Shown piece after piece: positions 17,801 through 26,694 of a stretch of 64,000 nt of DNA. A model generated the notes under the pieces. The model saw nothing but the letters and a program-made list of their open reading frames with translations. It was not told where the DNA came from and made no database searches. Source of the stretch: an uncultured Eubacteriales bacterium (GTDB taxonomy: Bacteria > Bacillota > Clostridia > Oscillospirales > CAG-272); assembly GCA_934432725.1 (NCBI GenBank), contig CAKRZE010000009.1, forward strand, positions 2,425-66,424, read 5' to 3'. The position numbers and the translations under genes were made by a program. Position 1 is the first letter of the stretch, and each line of letters opens with the position of its first letter.

Positions 17801-19462
17801 GGGCATCTGCCCGGCAAAAAGGTCTATCCGTGGATTGCAAAAACGCGCCACTCCACCCCGGGCGTCTCCCTGATTTCCCCGCCGCCGCACCATGACATCT
17901 ACTCCATCGAGGACCTTGCGCAGCTCATTTTCGACCTGAAAAATGCCAATCGGGAGGCAAGAATCTCTGTCAAGCTCGTCTCGGAGGCAGGTGTCGGCAC
18001 CATTGCGGCGGGGGTTGCCAAGGCAGGTGCGCAGGTGGTTCTCATCTCCGGCTATGACGGCGGAACCGGAGCGGCTCCCGCCTCCTCCATTCACAATGCC
18101 GGACTTCCCTGGGAGCTTGGCGTTGCGGAGGCGCATAAGACGCTGATCCGGGAGGGACTCCGCTCCCGCATTGTGCTGGAAACCGACGGAAAGCTGATGA
18201 GCGGCAGAGATGTCGCCATTGCCGCCATGCTCGGCGCGGAGGAATTCGGCTTTGCGACGGCTCCGCTGGTCACAATGGGCTGCGTCATGATGCGCGTCTG
18301 CAATCTGGACACCTGTCCTGTCGGCGTGGCAACACAGAACCCCGCGCTCCGGTGCCGCTTCCGCGGAAAGCCGGAATATGTGATGAACTTCATGAACTAC
18401 ATTGCCGAGGAGCTTCGCGAGATTATGGCAAAGCTCGGCATCCGGACCGTGAACGAGCTGGTCGGACGCTCTGACCTCCTGTACGTCAGAGAAAAGCCGG
18501 ACAGCAAGGCATCCTCCGTCAGTCTCTCCTGTCTGCTGTCCCAGAAGCCGGGCGCAGAGGCAATGCATTTTGAGCCGGATAAGGTCTATGATTTTCATCT
18601 GGAAAATACGCTGGACGAAAGCGTTCTGCTGAAAAAATTCGCGTCCTCTCTGAAAACCGGAAAGCCGCAGACCGTTTCACTTTCCGTTTCCAGCACAAAC
18701 CGGACGCTCGGAACCATTCTCGGCTCCGAAATCACCCGCCGGTTCGGACAATCGCTGCCGGACGATACCTTTACCGTCCTCTGCCGCGGAGGAGGCGGAC
18801 AATCCTTCGGTTCCTTCATCCCGAAGGGGATGACGATGCGGCTTATCGGCGATTCCAACGACCATTTCGGAAAGGGACTGTCCGGCGGACGCCTGATTGT
18901 CTCTCCTCCGGAAAACAGTGCGTTCCGGGCAGAGGATAACATCATTGTCGGCAATGTGGCGCTGTACGGTGCAACGGCAGGCGAGGCTTATATAAACGGC
19001 ATCGCCGGAGAGCGCTTCTGCGTCAGAAATTCCGGAGCCTATGCCGTGGCAGAGGGCTGCGGAGATCACGGCTGTGAATACATGACGGGCGGCAGAGTCG
19101 TCATTCTCGGTCCGACCGGCAAGAACTTCGCCGCCGGAATGAGCGGAGGCGTTGCCTATGTTCTGGATCCAAGACACGATTTTTATCTGCATCTGAACAA
19201 AAAAATGGTCTCCATGACCGAGGTATCGGAGCCGCACGACATTGCCGAGCTGAAGGAAATGATCGCAAAGCACCGAAAGGAAACCGGTTCGGCGCTTGCC
19301 GCAAGAATCCTTGCGGATTTTGACCGATATCTGCCCTATTTCAAAAAGATCATCCCGAACGATTACAGCCGTATGCTGATGCTGATCGGTCAGTCCGAGG
19401 AAAAGGGACTGACGCGCGAGCAGGCGGAAATCGATGCATTCTATGCCATGCAGAACACCTGA
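14858..19462 (+). CDS. gltB: Glutamate synthase large subunit (1534 aa)
   Basis: Ntn amidotransferase start ...HDACGIGAVVNIRG, the central FMN/Fe-S region (GAMSYGSIS, SGEGGE), and the C-terminal GXGXG domain (GNVALYGATAGEAYINGIAGERF). Confidence 0.95.
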   Translation: MQYQKISRPQKESAPRMPERVLPEVPDRGQSAYTGLYDPAREHDACGIGAVVNIRGNKSHQVLDDALHIVEKLEHRAGKDASGETGDGVGILLQISHRFFSKAAEAVGIALGEEGDFGVGMFFFPPDTLARMQAQKMFELIAEKEGVPFLGWREVPVCPEILGSRARGCMPHIMQCFLARPAKTPRGLPFDRRLYVVRRVFEQSNDNTYVASLSSRTVVYKGMFLVSQLRRFYPDLQSEDYVSAIAMVHSRFSTNTTPSWERAHPNRLILHNGEINTIRGNADRMFAREETMSSPIMQDDMDKILPVINIAGSDSAMLDNTLEFLVMNGIELPLAVMMTIPEAWRNDQNISRSKRDLYHYYATMMEPWDGPAAIFFSDGVLAGAVLDRNGLRPSRYYITDEGTLILSSEVGVLDIAPEKIVKKARLEPGKMLLIDTGAGRIISDEECKESYAARSPYGEWLDRYLVHLSDLAIPNKKVPSCTQKERDRLYKAFGYTYEDIRSAIIPMAKNSTEQIASMGADIPLAVLSEAHPPLFCYFKQQFAQVTNPPIDSLREEIVTDTTVYVGSDGNLLEERPENCTVLEIRNPILTSIDLLKIKEMKRPGFRVETVSLLYYKNTSLAKAIDRMFVSCDRAYRSGANIIILSDRGVDENHVAIPSLLAVSAMEQYLIRTKKRTAVSIILESAEPRDVHHFATLLGYGARAVNPYLAHECIEEVIARNMLDKDPYTAIRDYNRAILSGIVKIAAKMGISTLQSYQSAQIFEAVGVSREVIDHYFTNTVSKVGGISLKDIENDVEWRHSHAFDPLGLGVDTTLDSVGRHKLRSGTDTEDHLYNPETIIALREATQTGSYSRFKEYTAMVDDERRPHTLRGLLGLRWAENGGIPPEEVEPVTEIVKRFKTGAMSYGSISQEAHECMAIAMNRLGGKSNSGEGGEMPERLGTERGSAIKQVASGRFGVTSEYLVSAKEIQIKMAQGAKPGEGGHLPGKKVYPWIAKTRHSTPGVSLISPPPHHDIYSIEDLAQLIFDLKNANREARISVKLVSEAGVGTIAAGVAKAGAQVVLISGYDGGTGAAPASSIHNAGLPWELGVAEAHKTLIREGLRSRIVLETDGKLMSGRDVAIAAMLGAEEFGFATAPLVTMGCVMMRVCNLDTCPVGVATQNPALRCRFRGKPEYVMNFMNYIAEELREIMAKLGIRTVNELVGRSDLLYVREKPDSKASSVSLSCLLSQKPGAEAMHFEPDKVYDFHLENTLDESVLLKKFASSLKTGKPQTVSLSVSSTNRTLGTILGSEITRRFGQSLPDDTFTVLCRGGGGQSFGSFIPKGMTMRLIGDSNDHFGKGLSGGRLIVSPPENSAFRAEDNIIVGNVALYGATAGEAYINGIAGERFCVRNSGAYAVAEGCGDHGCEYMTGGRVVILGPTGKNFAAGMSGGVAYVLDPRHDFYLHLNKKMVSMTEVSEPHDIAELKEMIAKHRKETGSALAARILADFDRYLPYFKKIIPNDYSRMLMLIGQSEEKGLTREQAEIDAFYAMQNT

Positions 19463-19543
19463 AACGAACGGCATTCCGAACGTACCCGATTGTGTACCTC
19501 GGCATTCCGGTCCGTCATCCAAGGAAAGGACGGTATCCGTCAA

Positions 19544-21031
19544 ATGGGAAAACCGACAGGATTTCTTGAATATCAAAGACAAAACAAGCCCGCACTCAAG
19601 CCGGAGGAGCGCATCAAAGGCTTCTCTGAATTTCACCCGGAGCTTGATCCGGAAGAGCGGCAGAAGCAGGGCGCACGCTGCATGAACTGCGGCGTCCCCT
19701 TCTGCCAGTCCGGCATGACGCTCGGCGGCATGGTCTCCGGCTGTCCCCTGCACAATCTGATTCCGGAATGGAACGATGAGGTGTACGCCGGAAACTGGGA
19801 GCATGCGCTCGACCGTCTGTACAAAACCAACAATTTCCCGGAATTCACCGGTCGGGTCTGCCCTGCGCTCTGCGAAGCCGCCTGCACCTGCGGTATGAAC
19901 GGGGACCCGGTCACTGTGCGGGAAAACGAGCTTGCAATCATTGAGCACGGCTTTTCGGAGGGGTATATCAAGCCGAGAATTCCCGGGGTCCGCTCCGGAA
20001 AGCGGGTTGCTGTCGTCGGCTCCGGTCCGGCAGGGCTGGCGGCTGCGGACTGCCTGAACCGGCGCGGACACAGCGTCTGGATTTATGAAAAAGAAGACCG
20101 TCCGGGCGGTCTTCTGATGTACGGCATTCCGAATATGAAGCTGGACAAGCAGATCGTCATGCGCAGGATCGATCTGATGAAGGAGGAAGGAATCACCTTC
20201 TTCACCGGAACCGATGTCGGAAAAGATATCACAGCCAAGGAGCTGACAGACAGCTATGACGCCGTCATTCTCGCCTGCGGCGCAAAAAATCCGCGTGATA
20301 TTCATGTGCCGGGCAGAGATGCTGCGGGAATTTACTTCGCAGTGGATTTTCTTTCCTCCACAACACGCAGCCTTCTGCAAAACGGTCTGACGGAGGGAAG
20401 CTTCCTTTCCGCAAAGGGCAAACACGTTGTCATCATCGGCGGAGGCGATACGGGCAACGACTGTGTCGGAACCTGTCTGCGGCACGGCTGTGCCTCGGTC
20501 ACACAGCTGGAGATTATGCCGAAGGCGCCGGATACCCGGCTCCCCTCCAATCCATGGCCTCAGTGGCCGCGCGTCTGCAAAACGGACTACGGTCAGGAGG
20601 AAGCCATTGCCGTTTTCGGACATGATCCGCGGTGCTATCAGACGACCGTGAAGGAATGCATCAAAAACGACTCCGGCGCACTTGTCGCCATCACCACGGT
20701 CCGGACGGAAATGAAGCGTGATCCCGCGACCGGGAAAAGCATCCTTTCCGAAATTCCCGGCACGGAGGAAACGCTTCCGTGCGAGCTTCTTTTGATTGCG
20801 GCAGGCTTTACGGGATGCATGCCATACATTCCGGAAGCATTCGACGTTGCCAGAAGCGAGCGCGGAACCGTGCGCACACCGGAGGGCTCTTTCCGGACGG
20901 ATCGCGAAAAGATTTTTGCCATAGGGGATATGCGCCGCGGACAGTCGCTGGTTGTCTGGGCAATCGCCGAAGGAAGGGCAAGCGCGCGGGAGGTTGACCG
21001 ATACCTGATGGGATATACCAACATGGTGTAA
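19544..21031 (+). CDS. gltD: Glutamate synthase small subunit, NAD(P)H-dependent (495 aa)
   Basis: N-terminal Fe-S Cys cluster (CMNCGVPFCQ...CPLHNLIPEW), dinucleotide fold VAVVGSGPAGLAAA, and VVIIGGGDTGNDC. Confidence 0.93.
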   Translation: MGKPTGFLEYQRQNKPALKPEERIKGFSEFHPELDPEERQKQGARCMNCGVPFCQSGMTLGGMVSGCPLHNLIPEWNDEVYAGNWEHALDRLYKTNNFPEFTGRVCPALCEAACTCGMNGDPVTVRENELAIIEHGFSEGYIKPRIPGVRSGKRVAVVGSGPAGLAAADCLNRRGHSVWIYEKEDRPGGLLMYGIPNMKLDKQIVMRRIDLMKEEGITFFTGTDVGKDITAKELTDSYDAVILACGAKNPRDIHVPGRDAAGIYFAVDFLSSTTRSLLQNGLTEGSFLSAKGKHVVIIGGGDTGNDCVGTCLRHGCASVTQLEIMPKAPDTRLPSNPWPQWPRVCKTDYGQEEAIAVFGHDPRCYQTTVKECIKNDSGALVAITTVRTEMKRDPATGKSILSEIPGTEETLPCELLLIAAGFTGCMPYIPEAFDVARSERGTVRTPEGSFRTDREKIFAIGDMRRGQSLVVWAIAEGRASAREVDRYLMGYTNMV

Positions 21032-21110
21032 TGGTGTAGGTGTAAAGGAAAGATATTTTTTCCGGTGCCAAGCCAAACGGCGCCACTCCGCGCCGCGTTT
21101 GGCGCTTATG

Positions 21111-21147
21111 AGCCTCCGCTTCTCCCGTACAGGGAGAAGCGGAGGCT
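21111..21147. terminator. Strong 16-bp hairpin between the convergent gltD and spoIIIAG genes (possible bidirectional terminator)
   Basis: AGCCTCCGCTTCTCCC-gtaca-GGGAGAAGCGGAGGCT. A second weaker AAAATCC/GGATTTT hairpin with a T-run follows at 21158-21177. Confidence 0.45.
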
Positions 21148-21280
21148 TTGTCTGTCAAAATCCCGATCGGATTTTTTCGTTTACCGGCGGTGGCGATTAT
21201 GCTTCCGCCGGCGTTTTATCACATCAGAAGTCTCTCCCCCGCAGCGTTTCCCCGTTTAAACAAAAGCGCATCCGCCCCGC

Positions 21281-21781
21281 TCATCCGCCCACGAATACGC
21301 GGTTGCTCGGCAGATCGAACAGCGAACAAAGCAGCCGGATGATCCGTTCCTGCACCGCCGCATTGCTCCCGCCCTTGCAGACCACTGCAATCCCGCGCAC
21401 CCTCGGATATATTTCCTTCAGCAAAACCGTCTTGTCGTCCCCTCCGTCGTCAATCACCACATAACTCTTCTGTTCTCCGTTCTGATCCTGTGCGAATACA
21501 TATTCACTCCCGGATTCAAACGTCACCATCACGGAAATATCGGAAACCCCCTCCAAACCGCTCAAAAGTCCCCGGATTTTTCCCTCCAGCTCCTTCTCAT
21601 ATGCCTCCAGCGCCTTGCTGTGAACCGATACCTCCTCCGTTTCGACCGCCTTGCTGTCCCGTCCGCCGCCGCTTTCTGCGCTGCCCCAAAGAATCAAGCC
21701 GAGTCCTGCGGCAATTCCCGCCACAAGAAGCCAGAAATTTCCGGTTTTAAAGAAGGCACGCCCTTCATTCTTCATTGCCAT
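21281..21781 (-). CDS. spoIIIAG: Stage III sporulation protein AG
   Basis: N-terminal TM helix, then GVSDISVMVTFESGSEYVFAQD...VLLKEIYPRVRGIAVVCKGGSNAAVQERIIRLLCSLFDLPSNRVFV. Position in the operon fits. Confidence 0.85.
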   Translation of the reverse strand: MAMKNEGRAFFKTGNFWLLVAGIAAGLGLILWGSAESGGGRDSKAVETEEVSVHSKALEAYEKELEGKIRGLLSGLEGVSDISVMVTFESGSEYVFAQDQNGEQKSYVVIDDGGDDKTVLLKEIYPRVRGIAVVCKGGSNAAVQERIIRLLCSLFDLPSNRVFVGG

Positions 21782-22283
21782 TCCCCTCTCTGTCTGCCGC
21801 AGACACCGTCACGCTGCACATAAACATCTTCTCCAGCTCCTCCCGGATGGTTCCGGCAGTTTCTCCGTCCACCCCCGACAGCCTCACCTGCGCCTTTTTC
21901 ACCCGTACAGAGGAGGGGTCGGACGTATCAAGCTCCGCTACCACCTTCACCTGCTCCGGCAAAAGCCCGTGCGCCGCGCAGACGCCCTCCTCAGCCTCAC
22001 GCAGCATGCGCTCCGCTGCGGAATCAATATACATGGAAACCGCATCCCACGCGGTTTCATCCTCCTGCCCCGCATGTCCTTCAAGTCCCGCGATCCATTC
22101 CGGAACGGAGGCAAGAACCCGCTTTACGGGGGCAAGCAGCACGCAGCACACCGCAAGTCCCGTCAGAAAATCAACCCATCGCCGCATCCCCTCCCGTTCC
22201 TTTCCGGGGCACAGGATTCCGACCATCCCCGCCGAAACGGAAATCAAGGCAAGTGCATAAATATAAGATTTCAAACCGCTCAT
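21765..22283 (-). CDS. spoIIIAF: Stage III sporulation protein AF
   Basis: Two N-terminal TM helices and the position between spoIIIAE and spoIIIAG. ATG 22283 is preceded by GAGGTG. Confidence 0.7.
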   Translation of the reverse strand: MSGLKSYIYALALISVSAGMVGILCPGKEREGMRRWVDFLTGLAVCCVLLAPVKRVLASVPEWIAGLEGHAGQEDETAWDAVSMYIDSAAERMLREAEEGVCAAHGLLPEQVKVVAELDTSDPSSVRVKKAQVRLSGVDGETAGTIREELEKMFMCSVTVSAADREGNGNEE

Positions 22284-22290
22284 AGACACC

Positions 22291-23448
22291 TCATGCGGCA
22301 GCCACGCCAGCCCGGATAAACAATGTCAGTGTAAACAGCATCGTCAGCGTACAGGCGAGCAAAAGCGCCCCGGCAAGATCAAGAATTCCGCCGATTTCCC
22401 CGATAAATTCAGCCTCCGGCTGACAGTTCATCGCCCTTGCGGCGCCGCCCGCAATCCAAAGGCTGCATTTGAACAAAATCAGCGACAGAAAGGGCTTGAC
22501 AGCCAAAACGATCACCGAAACCGCTGCAACCGATCCCACCGTGGATTTCAGATAAGAAATACTGCCGATCACGCTTCGCACGGTCTCCCCCGCTGTTCCG
22601 CCGATCAGAGGAACAAAGCTGTTAACCGCAAACCGCACCGTCCGCGCCAGAACCGTATCGGCACTCTGCATAATGGTATTCTGGTATGCCAGAACCGTAC
22701 CGAGCATCATCACAAGAAATACCAGCAATATGCTGAAGATTCGCTTGACCGCATTCATCACCCCGGTCAGCCGCACGGAAAGTCCCGTGTGAGAAACCAG
22801 CGCCATCCCGAAGCAGACCTGCATCATCGGATACAAGCCGTCCGAGCCGATGGCTTCAATCAATTCCAGAAAAGCGAAGAGCATTCCCTGCCCGGATGCC
22901 GCCGTAGAAATATTTCCGCCAGCCATATAAATTGCCGACATCACCGGCGCCATCGCACGCATAAACACCGTGACAGAGGTGAGCGCCTCGCTGACCGTCT
23001 CCCAGACCCCCGAGACCGTGCTGTACAGCGAAAGTGCCAGTGCAAGGGAGATCACCACGCGCATGCTCTCCGCTGTCTTTCCGGAAAAGCTCTCTCTGAC
23101 CGCAGAAAGCACGGCGGCGATCACAACAATCCCCAAAAGAGAGGACAGTGCGCCGAGCGCCGGACGGTACAGCTTTTTCAGCTGGGCGCTGAGAAGACGC
23201 GCAAGATAGGACGCATTCAGAGAGGCTGCCAATTCCACCCCGTCTGCTTCTTCCCCCGCCTTCAGCTCGGTCAGTACCCGTTCCGGCAGGGCTTCCCTTG
23301 CCTCCTCCGGCAGACTGTCATAAACGCTGCTGAGAATCGCAGACGGATCAAACGCGCAGACCGGACAGGCTCCTGCCAGAGCAAGCAACAAGACCAGCGC
23401 CGCGCATATGATAACACGCCGGCATTTTTTCCTTCCGTATCTCATCAT
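22291..23448 (-). CDS. spoIIIAE: Stage III sporulation protein AE (385 aa)
   Basis: Signal-like N-terminus, multiple TM helices, and operon position. Confidence 0.85.
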   Translation of the reverse strand: MMRYGRKKCRRVIICAALVLLLALAGACPVCAFDPSAILSSVYDSLPEEAREALPERVLTELKAGEEADGVELAASLNASYLARLLSAQLKKLYRPALGALSSLLGIVVIAAVLSAVRESFSGKTAESMRVVISLALALSLYSTVSGVWETVSEALTSVTVFMRAMAPVMSAIYMAGGNISTAASGQGMLFAFLELIEAIGSDGLYPMMQVCFGMALVSHTGLSVRLTGVMNAVKRIFSILLVFLVMMLGTVLAYQNTIMQSADTVLARTVRFAVNSFVPLIGGTAGETVRSVIGSISYLKSTVGSVAAVSVIVLAVKPFLSLILFKCSLWIAGGAARAMNCQPEAEFIGEIGGILDLAGALLLACTLTMLFTLTLFIRAGVAAA

Positions 23449-23575
23449 TTCCCCGGCAATGCCGCTCCCTTTTCAAAAAACTCAGGCGTCCGTTTTTCGG
23501 AAACGCCGATTTCATTCCCTGTGTGACCCTGCCGCCCGACCCGTCCCGGCGGCGCCCGGTCGATCCCTTCTGCCG

Positions 23576-23959
23576 TTATTTCATCAGACTGCCGGTCAGG
23601 GCAAGCAGCTCCTTCAAAAGCGGCAGACTCAGGATCAGAATTGCGATCTTTCCGGCAAGCTCCAGCCTGCCCGCAGTGGAAGCCTCCCCGGCATCGCGGC
23701 AGATATCCGCCGAAAACTCCACTGCCAGCGCAATCCCGAGGCAGCGGAGCAGCACACTGTGATACCGGAACACAGCCTCCTGCCCGAAGATTTCCTGCCA
23801 TTCGCCGGTGTATTGCATAAGGACCTTCATTGCCTCTCCAAGCAAAAGAAGTCCGCCGCCGATGGAGAGAAATACCGCAAAAACCGGCTGCTCTTTTCTC
23901 AGAACCACAGCGGAGAATGCCGTCAGCACGGCAATTCCGCAAAGCCTTACAATATCCAT
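23576..23959 (-). CDS. spoIIIAD: Stage III sporulation protein AD (127 aa)
   Basis: MDIVRLCGIAVLTAFSAVVLRKEQPVFAVFLSIGGGLLLL... is a polytopic small membrane protein that abuts spoIIIAC. Confidence 0.85.
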   Translation of the reverse strand: MDIVRLCGIAVLTAFSAVVLRKEQPVFAVFLSIGGGLLLLGEAMKVLMQYTGEWQEIFGQEAVFRYHSVLLRCLGIALAVEFSADICRDAGEASTAGRLELAGKIAILILSLPLLKELLALTGSLMK

Positions 23960-24154
23960 TCAGATTCCGAACAGCGACCGTATCGTATTCAGCAGCGAGG
24001 ATATCTCCCGGATCAGCACCAGAAGCACAACCACTACCCCCGCCACGGAAACAAGCATCGCCTGCTCCTCCCTCCCGGATTTGGTCAGGATCTGACACAC
24101 CACGCTGACCAAAAGACCGACTCCGGCAATCTTCAATATGATGCCGACATCCAT
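23960..24154 (-). CDS. spoIIIAC: Stage III sporulation protein AC (64 aa)
   Basis: MDVGIILKIAGVGLLVSVVCQILTKSGREEQAMLVSVAGVVVVLLVLIREISSLLNTIRSLFGI. Confidence 0.9.
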   Translation of the reverse strand: MDVGIILKIAGVGLLVSVVCQILTKSGREEQAMLVSVAGVVVVLLVLIREISSLLNTIRSLFGI

Positions 24155-24172
24155 TCCGCATCCTCCGCATTT

Positions 24173-24652
24173 TTATAAAAATAAGATCAAAAGCAGCGCC
24201 GCCCCGGCAAAGCTGACGGATGCACAGGTTTTCACCTGTCCGGACAGCGCTTTTTCCATGAGCGATATCCGCTCCTCCAGCCGTGCGAGATAAAAATCGC
24301 AGTGTCTGAGCTGCTCCTCACTGCCGCTTCTGCCGAGCCCGTCGGCAAACTCGGAAAGTATTTCAAAAAGCTCCCGATCCGGAAATATGCTTTTCCCTGC
24401 CTCCCGAAGGGCATCCTTCAGCCCATGCTCCCGCAGCCTGCCGTCAAAGCAGCCCCGGTCAAACTCCAGCCGGCAGCGGCGGAATATTTCATCATAGGGC
24501 ATGTTGAAGCCCGCCAGCTGCGCCCGGATATACCGGAGCAAAAGCACTGCCTTTTTCCCATTTTCCGCATTGGCATACAGTCCCCGCATCCGGCTCCAGC
24601 CGGCGAACAGGATGCTGGAGCAAAGCAGGACCAGTCCTGCCGTTTTAATCAT
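24173..24652 (-). CDS. spoIIIAB: Stage III sporulation protein AB
   Basis: Operon position, one N-terminal TM helix and one C-terminal helix. The start is uncertain: ATG 24652, or GTG 24673 as in the track. Confidence 0.75.
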   Translation of the reverse strand: MIKTAGLVLLCSSILFAGWSRMRGLYANAENGKKAVLLLRYIRAQLAGFNMPYDEIFRRCRLEFDRGCFDGRLREHGLKDALREAGKSIFPDRELFEILSEFADGLGRSGSEEQLRHCDFYLARLEERISLMEKALSGQVKTCASVSFAGAALLLILFL

Positions 24653-24679
24653 ACGACCACCATGCCTCCTCACACACCC

Positions 24680-25582
24680 TCAGCCCGCCGGCTGCAGATT
24701 CAAAGCCTCCTCTGCCTCTGCCGGACTGAATATGCACTGTCTTTCAGTCCCCGTTCGTCTGATCCCCGCAAAGCATTCGAACACGCCGCTTTCCACCAAC
24801 CGCAAAATTCCCTTCCGCTTCATCAAAGCCTCCGGGGAGCCTCCGTGCGCCGAGGCAAGCAGCGGAATTCCGGTATGCTGTGCCGCAAGAATGGCTTCCG
24901 CCTCTTCATCGCTTCCAATCTCATCGCAGACAAGAAGCTCCGGCGCCAACGTCCGCGTTGCAATCGAAATACCGACCGCCTTCGGGTATCCGGACAGCAC
25001 ATCCGTTATCGTCCCGCAGAACATATCCGCCCGGTACAGCTCCTGTCTTGTATCAATAAGCGCCACCCTTTTGCCATAGCTATGTCCCGCAAGCGTTGCG
25101 GCGGCATCCCGCAAAAGCGTGGTTTTTCCTCCCCCGGGCGGCGAATACACAAGAATTCCGCCCGAAAATCCGTTTTCCCGAAACCGTCGGCAAAGCTCTG
25201 CCCCGATTCCCCGGATGCTGTGCGGAATCCGCAGATTGATTGCGCTGATGTCCCGGACGGCTGTAATTTCCCCGCCGACGGTCTCGGCTCTGCCCACAAT
25301 ACCCGCCCGTCCGCCGTTCGGCAGCACAAGATACCCCTGCCGTATCGTTTCCTCATGCGCATGAAGAGAGCCTCCGCACATTCGGAGCAATGTCTCCTCC
25401 ATCTCTCCCGGACTGACCGCGGCACCCGGGATATTCCTCCCGTCCGACACGGTAAACGACATCGGAAGCCCCCGTCTGAGTCTGATCTCATGAATTTCCA
25501 TGCCGGAGCGCGCCGTGATCAGCGCCATTTCCGCACAGCGCGGCGCAAGATACGGCAAATACCGCAAAAGCTCATCGTCCAT
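24680..25582 (-). CDS. spoIIIAA: Stage III sporulation protein AA (ATPase, 300 aa)
   Basis: Walker A ILVYSPPGGGKTTLLRD, and the DEIG Walker B-like LLVCDEIGSDEE. It is the first gene of the spoIIIA operon. Confidence 0.9.
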   Translation of the reverse strand: MDDELLRYLPYLAPRCAEMALITARSGMEIHEIRLRRGLPMSFTVSDGRNIPGAAVSPGEMEETLLRMCGGSLHAHEETIRQGYLVLPNGGRAGIVGRAETVGGEITAVRDISAINLRIPHSIRGIGAELCRRFRENGFSGGILVYSPPGGGKTTLLRDAAATLAGHSYGKRVALIDTRQELYRADMFCGTITDVLSGYPKAVGISIATRTLAPELLVCDEIGSDEEAEAILAAQHTGIPLLASAHGGSPEALMKRKGILRLVESGVFECFAGIRRTGTERQCIFSPAEAEEALNLQPAG

Positions 25583-25606
25583 CCGGTCTCACCCCCGTTT
25601 GCTCTA

Positions 25607-25635
25607 TGTATACGGGACAAGATACCCGAATATTC
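25607..25635 (-). promoter_or_regulatory. Possible sigma-E-type promoter for spoIIIAA
   Basis: The minus strand reads GAATATT (25635-25629), 16 nt, TATACA (25612-25607), about 25 nt upstream of the spoIIIAA ATG. It resembles the ATATT / CATACA-T pattern of forespore-engulfment-stage mother-cell promoters. Confidence 0.3.
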
Positions 25636-26157
25636 CTCTGCCGCAAGCTCTCACCGGAATTTCGGCTGAAACGGAAGCCATCGACAGCCTGCATGCCCGG
25701 ACCGTACAGGAGCGCTGCTCTCCCATTTTCATCCGAAGCAGCCTGCCTCCGCAATTCTGCGGCTTCCGGGCAAATCATACGCGGCTTGCTTCCGCCGAAG
25801 GGCGCAGAGCAGGCGTATGCACTGCACGGTGTGTATTTCTGCTGCAGCAGGTCCACACTGCCTCATCGCACAGCAGAAACATCCGATGCCAATCAGGGGC
25901 AGCCGCATCCCACTCAAAGAAACAGCCGCACTGCCTCTCCGGAGGACCTTGCACATTCCCCCTCCGGGCATAAATAAGAGCCTTCCCCGCTTCCCGGAGA
26001 AAAGCATTCCAAAGAAAAACAGCCCGATATCCGAAAACAGAGAGAACGGAACAGAACGGGTGCCGTGATGCCTCGCCGGATATTTTTCAAACGTCACCCT
26101 CCTCTTTCAAAATCGCGGCGGGGCACCAATTCCTCCTTCGGCATGCCTCCGCGCAAG

Positions 26158-26188
26158 CAAAAAGGATGCCGCGGCAGCCGTGGCATCC
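26158..26188 (-). terminator. Intrinsic terminator after the upp-pncC-DUF2500 operon
   Basis: The minus strand reads GGATGCC-acggctgccgc-GGCATCC followed by TTTTTGC. Confidence 0.6.
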
Positions 26189-26277
26189 AGCCCACAACCG
26201 CGAGGCATCCTCTTACTCTTATCTTTTCATCCGACCCGGAAAAGCAGGCAAAGCACGCATTGCGTCCAAAAAACGCT

Positions 26278-26694
26278 TCAGCCGTTTTCTCTCTTTTCCC
26301 CGCCGGATTCCTGCTCCTGCAGGCAGCCCGTGTCCTTATCGACCGGTTCTTCCCCGGTCCTGCGGTCAGTCGAAGCGAATTCGCCCTGAATTCCCTTCAA
26401 AACAGAGCCCTTGTACATGATCCGGCAGGCATCGCCTGCACTGACAAGCTCGAAAACCGGTTTTGAGACAGTCAGCTGACGGTCTCCGTCCCCTGTGTGA
26501 AAGGTCACAACATACAAATGCTTCCTGCCGTCCGCACTGACCGCAGCCATCCGAAACACCGTTTCGTGCTTCTCTGCCACAACAGCATCTGTTTCCACCG
26601 TTTTTTCAAGCGCACGCCGCAGAAGCCCGACCAAAACAACCAGTACAAAGACACCGAGCAGCGCAAGGGTGATACCGCCGATCACAGCCTCCAT
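26278..26694 (-). CDS. DUF2500-like membrane-anchored protein
   Basis: N-terminal TM helix (ITLALLGVFVLVVLVGLL), then HLYVVTFHTGDGDRQLTVSKPVFELVSAGDACRIMYKGSVLKG, the pattern of DUF2500. GGAGG RBS; the start overlaps the pncC stop. Confidence 0.7.
   Translation of the reverse strand: MEAVIGGITLALLGVFVLVVLVGLLRRALEKTVETDAVVAEKHETVFRMAAVSADGRKHLYVVTFHTGDGDRQLTVSKPVFELVSAGDACRIMYKGSVLKGIQGEFASTDRRTGEEPVDKDTGCLQEQESGGEKRENG

Noticed and set aside
18677-21076. 799-aa ORF antisense to the end of gltB and all of gltD
   Set aside because: It spans two real genes and their intergenic spacer on the opposite strand. It has no motifs and is an artefact of stop-codon-poor antisense frames.
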